A stretch of DNA of 56,966 bases, filler included, from Fonticula-like sp. SCN 57-25 (lineage: Eukaryota), in NCBI GenBank assembly GCA_001724245.1. It is 4 parts of 4 records of this genome, joined end to end, with 100 filler letters (N's around TTAATTAATTAA, not from the genome) between each part and the next. Parts side by side here need not be neighbours in the genome. Positions count along the whole stretch, not along the records: positions 29,876 to 43,000 come from MEDX01000178.1; positions 43,101 to 56,966 come from MEDX01000180.1; 2 more parts are not named here. One strand, 5' to 3'. Every line of letters begins with the position of its first letter. Position 1 is the stretch's first letter. The position numbers and the translations under genes were made by a program. The notes below the pieces were generated by a model. That model was not told the origin of the DNA. It made no database searches and worked only from the letters and a program-made list of their open reading frames with translations. This document shows, piece by piece, positions 38,944 to 48,554 of this stretch.

Positions 38944-41900
38944 ATGCGCCACGCACCTCAGAATTCGACGTGCACTGTGGTGCTTGCGTCCGCGGCCGAG
39001 GATCCCGCCGTGCTTTCTCTTTTGCAGGCGCACTATTCTCTTGGTACGCCGCTGTTCTGTGCTCTCTATTTGCCTGTGGAGCGGGTAGTGGATCCGAGAT
39101 GTGCCGCATTTATGCGTTGGTTTTGGGGCCATGTGGCCTTAACCTCTGTGTCTCGTTCTGCCCCGTCCTTGTTCCTCTATTCTCGCTGCTTATTTCGTTT
39201 ACTGACCTCTTTCCTCTTTCCAGTATTTACTCACCGGACGCTGCACTCATGCATCCAATTTTTGCGGACGCTTGCCGGGAGCAATACGAGCACGCTCGTT
39301 GTGCTCGACATGGACAGCCCGCCGTCGCTGGTGCCCACCGCCGCCGGCAGTCCTAGCGGCTCGCCACACCACTCCCCGTCGCTCCGCAACAGCAACAGCA
39401 ACCTGCACACGCAGACGCTCGCGCGCAGCGAATCCATCGCGCTCATCAAGATCTTGCAGAGCGAGGTCGGCATGGCGCGCGGCGCGGCCACGATCGTGAT
39501 CGGGAGCGTGTTTGACGAGGACGTGACGCTCAGGGCGCTGCAGGCGGGCGCGCACGATTTCTATCTGAAGCCGCTCACGCCACAGCTCGTCTCGACATTG
39601 CACCTCGTACGTACCATTGTTGGGTGTGCGCGCGCAGGTCACTAACAGGAGACGCAGGCTGCGCTGAGGCGCCGGGCGCTCGCGCTCAAGTCGGGTGGGT
39701 CGAGCGAGTCGCTGTTGCTCGATGGCGATAACAGCCGCACGCCGTTTAACGCGAGCCCGAGCGATCGGTACGCCGCGGCGGCGCTTTTAGACATGTGAGC
39801 GCTGACCCTTTTGTGCTTGTTTGCAGGGCCGTGTTGACAATGCTGCACTCGTTTGGCAACCCGCTCATCGACGTTCGGCTGCTTGGGACATTCCCGACGG
39901 TCGACCCGTCCGACGCGGCGATGCGCAAGGTTGTTCTTAATTGGGACTTTAACGCGCTGGCAATGTCAGAGAACGATCTCTTGGCAGCGACGGTCGTCAT
40001 TTTCCAGGAATTGGATCTGTTTGACACGTTCAAGATTTCTATTGGTGCGTACATATAAAGAGATCCAATCGCCGCCGTGCTCACCTTTTTTCCAGATGTA
40101 TTTAAGCGTTTTGTCCTTGCACTGCGTTCAAACTACAACAAGAATCCTTTCCACAACTTTGAGCACGCGGTCGATGTGCTCCAGGCGACCTTTTGGACGC
40201 TCGCCACTTCGGGTCTGCGCACGCAGCTGAAGCCGCTCGAGGTCCTGGCGCTTGCCATCTCTTCGCTCGCGCACGATGTGTGCCACCCAGGGACGAACAA
40301 TTTCTATCACGTACGCCTTGTTTTTAATGCTAAAAAATGGTTTACTTATATGGTTTTTCAGATTAATGCCCGCTCGTCTCTCGCGCTGCTGTACAATAAC
40401 AAGGCGGTTCTTGAGAACCTGCACGCGTCGATGACCTTTGCGCTGCTGCTGCGCCCCGAGCTGAACCTCTTTGGGCACATGTCGCCCGCCGAGGTGAAGG
40501 AGCTGCGCGGCCTGATCATTAGCGCCATCCTGGCGACCGACATGGGCATGCACTTTGACTTTATCTCGACCGTCAAGGAGCGCAACGCCAAGAAGACGCC
40601 GCTCGTCCTGCAGGCCAAGGAAGACGCTTCGCTGGTCAGCACCGCCGTCATCAAGTCGGCGGACCTGTCCAATACCGTACGATAGCAATGATGAAAAACA
40701 CGATATTGATTACTTTTGCTGACAATGCTGCTATAGGTGCGCTCGTTTTCGATCTGCCAGGGATGGGCCCACAAGCTCTTTGAAGAGTTTACGAATCAGG
40801 GCCAGACCGAGAAGCGCCTCGGCCTGCCCATCCTCCCGTACGGCGCCGAGTCGGTCGTCCTGTGGATCACGCAAAAGGAGTTTTTGACCAACGTCACGTT
40901 GCCATTCTTTGAGCAGTGCGCTCAGCTGCTGCCGAGTACGTCTTTTTTTCTTGTTGTTTGTGCTCTTTTTTGGCGCATGCTGACCCGTAACTCTCTTGCA
41001 GTCTATGATCGTCAGGTGGAGATTATGAAGCAGAACGTGCAGCGCTGGATGGAGATTGGTCAGTCGGAGGACGGCGGCGTTGCCCAAATGGTCGGCAAGC
41101 GCTGTACGCTCATTTATTGTATGCGTGCGTGTTCCTCTTGCTAATGCCAATTGCGCTTTCCTTTCTCTTTTACAGCGATTTCTCGCGGCGCCATTCCGCC
41201 GACGCTGCAGGGCCACCACGCCGCGCGGGACGTTGACATGGACGCCGCCTCGCCCGGGCCCGCCTCTGCGTCGCCCGCGGCCGGCGCTGCTGCCGGGACG
41301 CCCGACGGCGTGAAGCGCACCCCGAGCGTCAAGGAGCGGTTCGCCGCCAACGCCGGTGTCAAGATGAAGCCGCGCCGGAAAGGGGTATGGGACGGGGGCG
41401 ATGGCAGTGGCGGTGAGGAGGGGGAGGAGGGTGAGTAGAGGGTGGGAAGGAAGCATGGGATCTGGCGCTGGTATCTGGTGAAATGTGTGTGAATCGTGTG
41501 TACGAGTAGCGATGTCTTTATGTGTGCGATTTGGTTATGTCTGGTAAAACAGCGCCGGGTCTCGTTCCGCTCCTTTGCTTTCAATTATATGATAATGTAG
41601 TCATGCTTTATTGACGAGTGATGTGTTGCACTTGAGCGTTTTTCAATAAATGTTTCTCTTGCTCTTACTTTTCTATGCCTGAATGCCTCGTTTGTGCACG
41701 CACGGCCATTGAAACTGACGCGCTTTGGCCTGTAGTTTACTCACCGCCGCGCGTGCTCTGACGCTACGCTGGACATGCTCACGGCCGTCAGCAGCTCGGC
41801 CATGTACACGACGCCCGCCCACTCGATCACGAACCTGCTCGACGAGGACGCCGGCGTGTCAAAGTACCAGCCCGAGCCGTCGTTCTCGCGCTCGTCGTTA

Positions 41901-42118
41901 AGGAACGTCACCGACGCGTCGGGGGCGGCCGTCGCGTCGCCACTCGCGGCGGTCGCGCAGGGCGGGTTTGGCGCCGACGCGGCCATGGCCGGCAAGGCCG
42001 CTGATGGTGCGCACCGATCGATGCACTAAGTAATTCATCCGACGCTAACCAATGCTTTTTTTCCTACAAAATAGTGCTCGCTAGGAGGAGACACTCGGTT
42101 GCGGTCCCCGGCTTTTGA
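38944..42118 (+). CDS. Class I 3',5'-cyclic nucleotide phosphodiesterase with N-terminal receiver-like domain (multi-exon; start uncertain)
   Basis: YNKNPFHNFEHAVDVLQ, AHDVCHPGTNN, LYNNKAVLENLHAS, ILATDMGMHF, IKSADLSN, W..KLFEEF..QG..EK.LGLP. REC-like VVLDMDSP...ALQAGAHDFYLKPL. In-frame downstream exons at 41736-~42007 and 42075-42118. Confidence 0.92.
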
Positions 42119-42598
42119 GGGCCCGCCGCATAGCAGACGACAAGGTAGTTTTTATTTTACGGCGAGTCTGGCGGCGGTGGCGGCGACGGCGATTCAGCGA
42201 TATGAGATATGATTTAAATGCATTTTGATACATTCCGCGCGGCTGCAGGGGCGGCTGGGTAAGGATAGCGACGGTCCGGGTGGTTTCAGAATTGCTCTCT
42301 TTGTTAGATAGAGCGAGACGAAGAAAGACTTTTTTCGATTTTTGTGTATGGAAAAAAACATTATTCGGGAACCAAAACGGGTCGTATGACGCGGATTTAT
42401 CAACTCTTTTCTTGCCTTTTCTAAATAAACATAGCTTTTGCATGGCCTTTATTGTGACTCTTTTGAACTTGCAATGTTATGTACATGGACCGAAAAAGTG
42501 CCAAAATTGCCGCGAAATTCATGAATTTCCCTTTTCAGCATCTTTTTGCCCACTTTTGCCCTCAATAAGATCACAAAATGTATTAATACTACTTTACC

Positions 42599-43000
42599 TC
42601 AGTGCAACGCCGAATTCCCCTTTGACGGCTGCGACCTCCTCCACTTCCCCCCACACACGCACGCCCGCCTCCACAGCGCCGTCCACGTGGCAATATTCCC
42701 CTGCCCCCCCTGCTCCGCATCGCTGAACCGAAAGCACCGCGCGCACTGCTTGAGCGGCTGCGATGGCGACAGGTACGACATGCGCACCACGTCAACGCAC
42801 AGCCGCGTCGGACTCACCGGCCACGTGGGCAGCAGCGGGTTCACCCTAAACACGGGCGCGTCTTTCGCCTGCGCGTAGTAAAGCCCGCCGTCGACGATCG
42901 CGGGCGCGAATTCAAGATCGTCCGTGATCGTCCCGAGCGCCGGCATGCGGCCGAGCTGCACGTCGGGCGACAGCTGCGGGACGTACACGCGGTGGCCAAA
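42599..43000 (-). CDS. MED16: Mediator subunit MED16/Sin4 C-terminal fragment (5' truncated)
   Basis: DVVRMSYL....LKQCARCFRFS....WTALWRRACVCGGKW matches the MED16 C-terminal CxRC...CxCGGxW motif. Confidence 0.75.
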   Translation of the reverse strand, partial: FGHRVYVPQLSPDVQLGRMPALGTITDDLEFAPAIVDGGLYYAQAKDAPVFRVNPLLPTWPVSPTRLCVDVVRMSYLSPSQPLKQCARCFRFSDAEQGGQGNIATWTALWRRACVCGGKWRRSQPSKGNSALH

Positions 43001-43100
43001 NNNNNNNNNNNNNNNNNNNNNNNNNNNNNNNNNNNNNNNNNNNNTTAATTAATTAANNNNNNNNNNNNNNNNNNNNNNNNNNNNNNNNNNNNNNNNNNNN
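43001..43100. other. Artificial contig spacer
   Basis: N44-TTAATTAATTAA-N44. Confidence 0.98.
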
Positions 43101-44083
43101 GTGTCTTCCGAGGATCACTTCCGACGTGAACGCGAAGCGAGCGAAGGATACAACGACGAAGATGATGATGACGTCGGATCCCTAGCAGAGTCCTTCGATA
43201 GAGTTTCTGTCAGAAACATCAGTCAAGTCAAGAAGAATATATTGGACCGCTTTGGAGTGATAGATAGAGTCAAGATACGACGCACCATAGGACTGGGTAT
43301 CACTGCCGACATTGACTGCCACAAGAGCGTTCTATTCAAAAACAAAGTGTCACTCTCATCGCTATTTGCATTGGGATTGAGTATTTCAGACATTGCAGCC
43401 CTGTGGGATATCAAGAGTCGAGACGACGTGATTAATCTCTCTTTCAAACCATTCGACTTGCTGACCAGAGACCTGTTTCCTTCTTCCCTGGCAAAGACTC
43501 TCTATCAAATTGACTACGGATGGTTAAAGACCGCATACCATGTCAAGCCATCCTTCTTCGCTCACGAGGCGTTTGGTGCGGGAGATTTGATTCACTACGA
43601 CTTTCCTATAAAAGAATACCTGAGCAACTCTATGGCGTCGCAAGGAATGCCCCTGAACAAATCTACTTTCCTTCAATTCAACGTCACTTACAAGGAATGG
43701 CTAGACTACTTTAACGTTCCCAAATCCCTGTTCAAGGAGTTGAGAATCACCAACTTGGACGCAATCTTGCACAAGTGGGGCAAAGAATCGTTAGTAGATC
43801 TGAAGGGAGAAATAGCGTTGGTTAAATACATCGAAGTAGAGAACGACCAAGGAAGAATCGTCAAGACTTACTATTGGGACTACGAAGAGTACCCGGACAT
43901 TGAATACGTACCTCGGCCCCNNNNNNNNNNNNNNNNNNNNNNNNNNNNNNNNNNNNNNNNNNNNNNNNCCGTAATGCTAATACGGCGACCGCTACCAACG
44001 ATAATAACACCAACAACTCAAGCGCTTCGAAAGAGAAGGACTTGAGTTTGAAAGACTTGATAAGGTTCGCTAATAAAAAGTAA
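43101..44083 (+). CDS. Hypothetical viral protein (5' truncated; spans an internal N gap at 43921-43968)
   Basis: Open frame from the contig start to the gap. After the gap the frame RNANTATATNDNNTNNSSASKEKDLSLKDLIRFANKK* (stop 44081-44083, AATAAA at 44072) is the more plausible C-terminus. Confidence 0.7.
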
Positions 44084-44179
44084 AGTGGAGGAAGAGGATT
44101 GTATTTTTTGTAATAATGTATATGCGCGCTCTCTTCGTACGTAACGTAATAAAAAAATATTGTTAAAAAGAGTAATCTC

Positions 44180-44188
44180 GCTTACCGA
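44180..44188 (-). promoter_or_regulatory. Putative spliceosomal 5' splice donor TCG|GTAAGC (phase 0) ending the terminase exon
   Basis: Minus strand reads AAG GGT GGA TCG|GTAAGC GAGATTACTCTTTTTAACAATATTTTTT; abrupt shift to non-coding composition. Confidence 0.65.
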
Positions 44189-44896
44189 TCCACCCTTGAG
44201 GATATTGGGTGATGAGAACATTGTATTTTCTGTTCCATAATGACCTTTGACCACCAAGAATTGATCGTTTGATTCCAGTATTTTGCAGTTGATTGTGCCA
44301 TCTTTTAATATCTTCTCGATGAACAACTCCGTCCCCTTCAAGACTTCGTGTCCAACTTTTCCACTGACGTTAAATACGTTGACTTGCCAATCGCGCTGAG
44401 TAGACATCATGATACTTTGAGTGTACATTTGTAGGTAAGTTTTGCCAAAACGACGTCCCATCATAAACGCGAGCACGTCCCAATGATCCACCAGTCCATA
44501 CTTTCTCGATAGGTAAGCTTCGTGGGTAATCAATTCGAATCCTAGAATGCCCTTCGCAAAGGCTTGTATGAGTGATTTAAAGCAGTCGTATTGCTGAGGA
44601 CTTAGTTTGATGTCGTTCTTTGCCAAAATCTTTTGCGCTTCGAATATCATGAGGAACTCTTTTAGTTTCTCGGATTTGCTTCCACCGGTAGTTCTATTCG
44701 ATTCTTGATAATACTCGTGCTTCATGTGCAGGCCCCGACTCTCGTCTTGTTTCATGTGCTCTTCAAATTGCTTCTCGGCCTTTTTGCTAATATAACAACT
44801 CCACAGGGGAGTGGCCACGCGCACTCGTATACCGGCCACTTTTTTGACCATGAGGTAACGAAACTTTGTATTGTCGATGCCAGGATTTTTCGCCAT
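44186..44896 (-). CDS. DNA-packaging terminase ATPase, N-terminal exon (herpes UL15/mirusvirus-like)
   Basis: LSPQQ (adenine-binding Q), VLAFMMGRRFGKTY (terminase Walker A; cf. herpes PRRHGKT), then a helix/strand pattern up to ENTMFSSPN. Walker B and nuclease domain are absent; the frame runs into a GTAAGC donor and AT-rich sequence. Confidence 0.8.
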
Positions 44897-45094
44897 GTTT
44901 GGCAAAAATGTTCAAGTCGAGGGCTCTGTTATGCCAGTTTATCTATACTCCAAACCGACGACGGCAAATATTAGGCCCGGTGGACTAAAAAAAATTAATT
45001 TTCTTTTTTGAATTCGGAAGGGTGCAATCTGTTACCCACGATCACTTCGACAACCACCAAACTTACTCGTTTCTCGATTCGTTTTTTTCCCCTC

Positions 45095-48000
45095 ATGGAG
45101 AATAACGCTTTGGAAGTAGGGGATGGGAGAACCTCCTCTTTTGTCAGTTTGGAAACGTTCATAACCGACCCCGAAGATGACACGTACTACCTGTTGGCGT
45201 TCTTCGTACCCGACAAGAGGAGTGGCATCGTACCGGGGTTCGTTCCTTACGACAAACAAACGGTGGACACCTTCGACGGCAAAACCATGACGGGTCTCTT
45301 TTACGGACCGTTTTGGCTCGACGTGAGGAGGTCCAAGGCCGCCCTCGGAGATTTGCGTAGAAGATTGATCGACGCTCCGAAACACATTTATCGCGGTAGT
45401 TTCTCTCGCTACATTAACTACGACAATTCCAAAGAGTTTGGCGAGTCGAACTTTAACATTTACGGTCCGTTGGGACGAATATCGCAAGAACCGGGAGTCA
45501 AGATTGCAAAAGGATTGGATTTTAACCTCGAGGAGACCGAAGACGTTCAAAGAAGTTTGTTGAACCAATTCTTGGACATCGTCATGGTGGTCAAAGAGCG
45601 CGATGCCGACGCCGATGCAATATACGCCACTCTACGCGGCCAAGTGGAAGCACAAGAAGACGGTGATAAACCGTTACTCTTTGCCTACATACCCGTCAAA
45701 CAAGTCAAGATTAACTTTCCCGATCTGTACCTGGGCAAGTGGAGGTCGCTTCAGCAAAAGAAAGACAACTACCTGACGGTAGAGTACAAACCAGATCAAG
45801 TGTTGGCAGCAAAAAAGGTTGGACCTGTCGTGAGCTTCATGAACGTGTTAGAAGAACCCCCCAACGTGTCAGAACAACCGTTGAAAGAATTATTGAAAAA
45901 GATTGATTGGAACACACTCCCTCGAGACGATAATCCGGAGGGTGAAGAAGCCGTGGCCGCGCTCGCCAATTACGTAGAAGCCTCGCAACTCAACCGTAAA
46001 TTCGAAAACTACATTACCAACCAAGAAGACACCATCAAGCGGTACAAGACGTACCAGGAGTCGATTCAACCCGCAAGCGACGCACGCAGAGATTACGCCA
46101 AAGCGTTCGCAAACCTCGGTATCGACGACGCTCTGAGGAATCGGTTGGTAGAAGCCATTTCAGCCGCTGACGCACGCGAACACGAACTCGCACGTCGCGT
46201 AGCCATGGACGAGAAGAAGTTTGAAGAGAAACTGCAAGTTACCATCGACTTGTACGAAGATCAATTGAGAACCGCCAAAGAAGCATTCGAAGAGAACCAA
46301 ACCAAGATGAAACTCCTCGAAGAAAAGGCCAAGAATTACGAGGACAAGTACGTCGATCTCAAAGGTCGCTACGCGAATAACAAACGTGAGCTGGACGAAA
46401 ATTATCAGAGGAGCAAGCGTGAACTCGAAAACAAGTTTAAAAAGGAGCTGTTGGACAAGGAATCTTCCCAAAGACAATCTTACCAACTCCAGTTGAACGA
46501 GCTAGAGAGGGTGTACAACGAAAGACTCGAAAGGATCACCCAAGAATCCAAGGCACTCGTGGAGGACATGAACCTCCAGAGAAACACCGTCCTAGAGATG
46601 ATGGAATCTACCCAATCGGACATAAACGACGTGACTAGGAAATTGGAAGAAACGCTCGAAGAACTCGAACGACAAAAGTCGGTCAAAGACTCTGAAATAG
46701 AAGAAGCAGTAAAGAGGATTGTCGAAGAGCGTGACGAATTGGTCGAAGAGCACGAATCTCTCGTGAGGATGCTCGAAAAACAAATCGAACAATTGACTAT
46801 GGAACGAGACGAAGTCGCCGAGGCTCACGACGAATTAGAGGACAAAATCAACATGATAAAGAGTGGCGTCTACACGGAAATCAAGCGTTATCACGATTTT
46901 ATAGGTGACCTCAAACAATCCATCGAGAATGAACGCCAAAAGAACGCTGCCATCACAAAGGATCTTTCTCAGGCGCGTCAAAGACAAGATGCATCCAGAG
47001 CCGAAGCAAAGTACTTTATCGAGAGGTATAACGACACCAAGAAAGAGTTGAAAGAGGTCAGAGACACGCTGATAAAATACATTGCATTGCAAGACGTCAA
47101 GTCGAGAGAGGCTTCCATCGCCACGTCCGATTACAGGGGCATCGCAAAGAGATTGGAAGTGGCAAACGATCGCATCAAAATACTGGAAAATATCGACAAG
47201 GACCAGCGCATCGAACTCGATAGTTTGAGAGAAGAGAAGCAACGATTATTGGACGGCATGAGAAAGGCCGCGAGACAGGTGGCAGACACCGACCTGGAAT
47301 TGAAAGAACTGAGAACAGAGTACGAAGAACTCGAGAGAGCTAACGCTGGTCTCCAGACGAAGATTAGAGATCTCGCGATTCACAACAAGGGCTACGCCGA
47401 CACGCTCAAGAGATTGAAAGTGGAGAATGCTGGACTCAAACAATCCAAAGAAGATTTGGCCGTTCGATTGATAGCCCTCCAGAATGCACCTCGCCCTCAG
47501 ACGGTGGACGTCGATGCAATCAAGGCACCGCTCCAAAATACCATCGAAGAACTCGAGGACGCCCTGCAAGATCGCAAAGACAAGCTAACGCGAATGGCAA
47601 AGCTTTACGACGATAATCAAAAAAGGCTCGAATTGGCGACGAACCAGATTGCTTCGTTGGAGGACACACGCAGGGGTTTGGAACACACTATTGAAAAGCT
47701 AATGGTCCAAGCCAACAATGGTGGCTATTTGCACGCCATCACGTCCATTTCACGCAAAGCCACACACGATAAAAAATTCAAAACCTCCGTGGACAAATGG
47801 CCTGCGTTGGCTGCCAAAAAGGAGACGATCACGGGTTTCTTCAAGTTTAGCAGTTCGCAACTGGAAATGGACGATTTTGTCAACCCGAAGAAACGAACGT
47901 ACACTACGGGCACCATTTACCAAGAGATCAATCTGGTCGACCTTCCGCCGTCTATAGCGAGCGACGAAGATAACCTCGAAGTGTACGACGACTCTCGCTA

Positions 48001-48394
48001 CCTGAGACAAATGCTCGACTACCTACACAAACCCCAGTACAAGTTGTGCATTCCCATTTGGACGGAAGGTGGCGTATTGCAACCGCGTCGTTACGTGAAG
48101 GTCACCGACCACGAGGGTGATCTCGTCAGCTCACCTCACATAGAAGCCGATGGCACCATTTTTGTACACGTCCCCGAGTTTGGCGATCTCAAGGCTATCA
48201 TCAACTACGACGCTAGACGACAAGTCGACAAACTTCCCGACAATTCTTCGACATGGATCATCAGCAAAATTCAAAAGATAACATCGGACGCACCAGAAGA
48301 ATTGAGCACTATTGCCACACTCATGGTAAAAATGTACAAATATGCCGGAAGTGATTCTTTAAAGGTCGAAAGGATGATACTATGTCTGTGTTAA
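45095..48394 (+). CDS. Large viral protein (~1100 aa) with a long central coiled coil and globular ends
   Basis: Uninterrupted ORF; E/K/L-rich heptads over roughly aa 300-870; no Walker A, so not an SMC. Confidence 0.8.
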   Translation: MENNALEVGDGRTSSFVSLETFITDPEDDTYYLLAFFVPDKRSGIVPGFVPYDKQTVDTFDGKTMTGLFYGPFWLDVRRSKAALGDLRRRLIDAPKHIYRGSFSRYINYDNSKEFGESNFNIYGPLGRISQEPGVKIAKGLDFNLEETEDVQRSLLNQFLDIVMVVKERDADADAIYATLRGQVEAQEDGDKPLLFAYIPVKQVKINFPDLYLGKWRSLQQKKDNYLTVEYKPDQVLAAKKVGPVVSFMNVLEEPPNVSEQPLKELLKKIDWNTLPRDDNPEGEEAVAALANYVEASQLNRKFENYITNQEDTIKRYKTYQESIQPASDARRDYAKAFANLGIDDALRNRLVEAISAADAREHELARRVAMDEKKFEEKLQVTIDLYEDQLRTAKEAFEENQTKMKLLEEKAKNYEDKYVDLKGRYANNKRELDENYQRSKRELENKFKKELLDKESSQRQSYQLQLNELERVYNERLERITQESKALVEDMNLQRNTVLEMMESTQSDINDVTRKLEETLEELERQKSVKDSEIEEAVKRIVEERDELVEEHESLVRMLEKQIEQLTMERDEVAEAHDELEDKINMIKSGVYTEIKRYHDFIGDLKQSIENERQKNAAITKDLSQARQRQDASRAEAKYFIERYNDTKKELKEVRDTLIKYIALQDVKSREASIATSDYRGIAKRLEVANDRIKILENIDKDQRIELDSLREEKQRLLDGMRKAARQVADTDLELKELRTEYEELERANAGLQTKIRDLAIHNKGYADTLKRLKVENAGLKQSKEDLAVRLIALQNAPRPQTVDVDAIKAPLQNTIEELEDALQDRKDKLTRMAKLYDDNQKRLELATNQIASLEDTRRGLEHTIEKLMVQANNGGYLHAITSISRKATHDKKFKTSVDKWPALAAKKETITGFFKFSSSQLEMDDFVNPKKRTYTTGTIYQEINLVDLPPSIASDEDNLEVYDDSRYLRQMLDYLHKPQYKLCIPIWTEGGVLQPRRYVKVTDHEGDLVSSPHIEADGTIFVHVPEFGDLKAIINYDARRQVDKLPDNSSTWIISKIQKITSDAPEELSTIATLMVKMYKYAGSDSLKVERMILCLC

Positions 48395-48398
48395 TAAA
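48393..48398 (+). terminator. AATAAA polyadenylation signal overlapping the stop codon
   Basis: TAATAAA followed by a T-tract. Stop-overlapping AATAAA also occurs at 50575, 51162, 56618 and on the minus strand at ~56646-56651. Confidence 0.6.
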
Positions 48399-48554
48399 GG
48401 TAATTTTTTTAAAGCGGATTTTTTGAAGAGATGACCTTCCAAAATGAAAAAAGAAGTACGTTGACCAAAAAAGGTTTTTTTTTCTCCCCCATACACACAA
48501 ACCTCTCTCTCTTTCCGTGCAAGCTTGACCAGCGAATCCGGTCACGCCGTTAGA

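Noticed and set aside
41775-42029. Independent small gene
   Set aside because: In frame with a good upstream acceptor (CTGAC...TGTAG at 41735) and joins the PDE gene at a phase-0 donor; treated as a distal PDE exon.
13342-43100. TTAATTAATTAA palindromes within N runs as biological sites, and cross-spacer gene neighbourhoods (including 'virus integrated next to MED16')
   Set aside because: Three identical 100-nt spacers with six-frame stops are concatenation artefacts; adjacency across them carries no information.
44018-44185. C-terminal 55 aa of the 295-aa terminase ORF as real coding sequence
   Set aside because: AT-rich, lacks Walker B, begins with a consensus donor and overlaps the 3' end of the opposite-strand gene; more likely intron read-through.
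44186-44896. Bacteriophage or NCLDV origin of the ATPase
   Set aside because: The RRxGKT Walker A is terminase-type rather than A32-type, and the neighbours have eukaryotic features (RING, sequons, AATAAA, no operon-like packing). Not formally excluded without a tree.
45095-48394. SMC/Rad50 or myosin assignment
   Set aside because: No Walker A/B, signature motif, hinge or motor domain is visible; coiled-coil similarity alone is non-specific.
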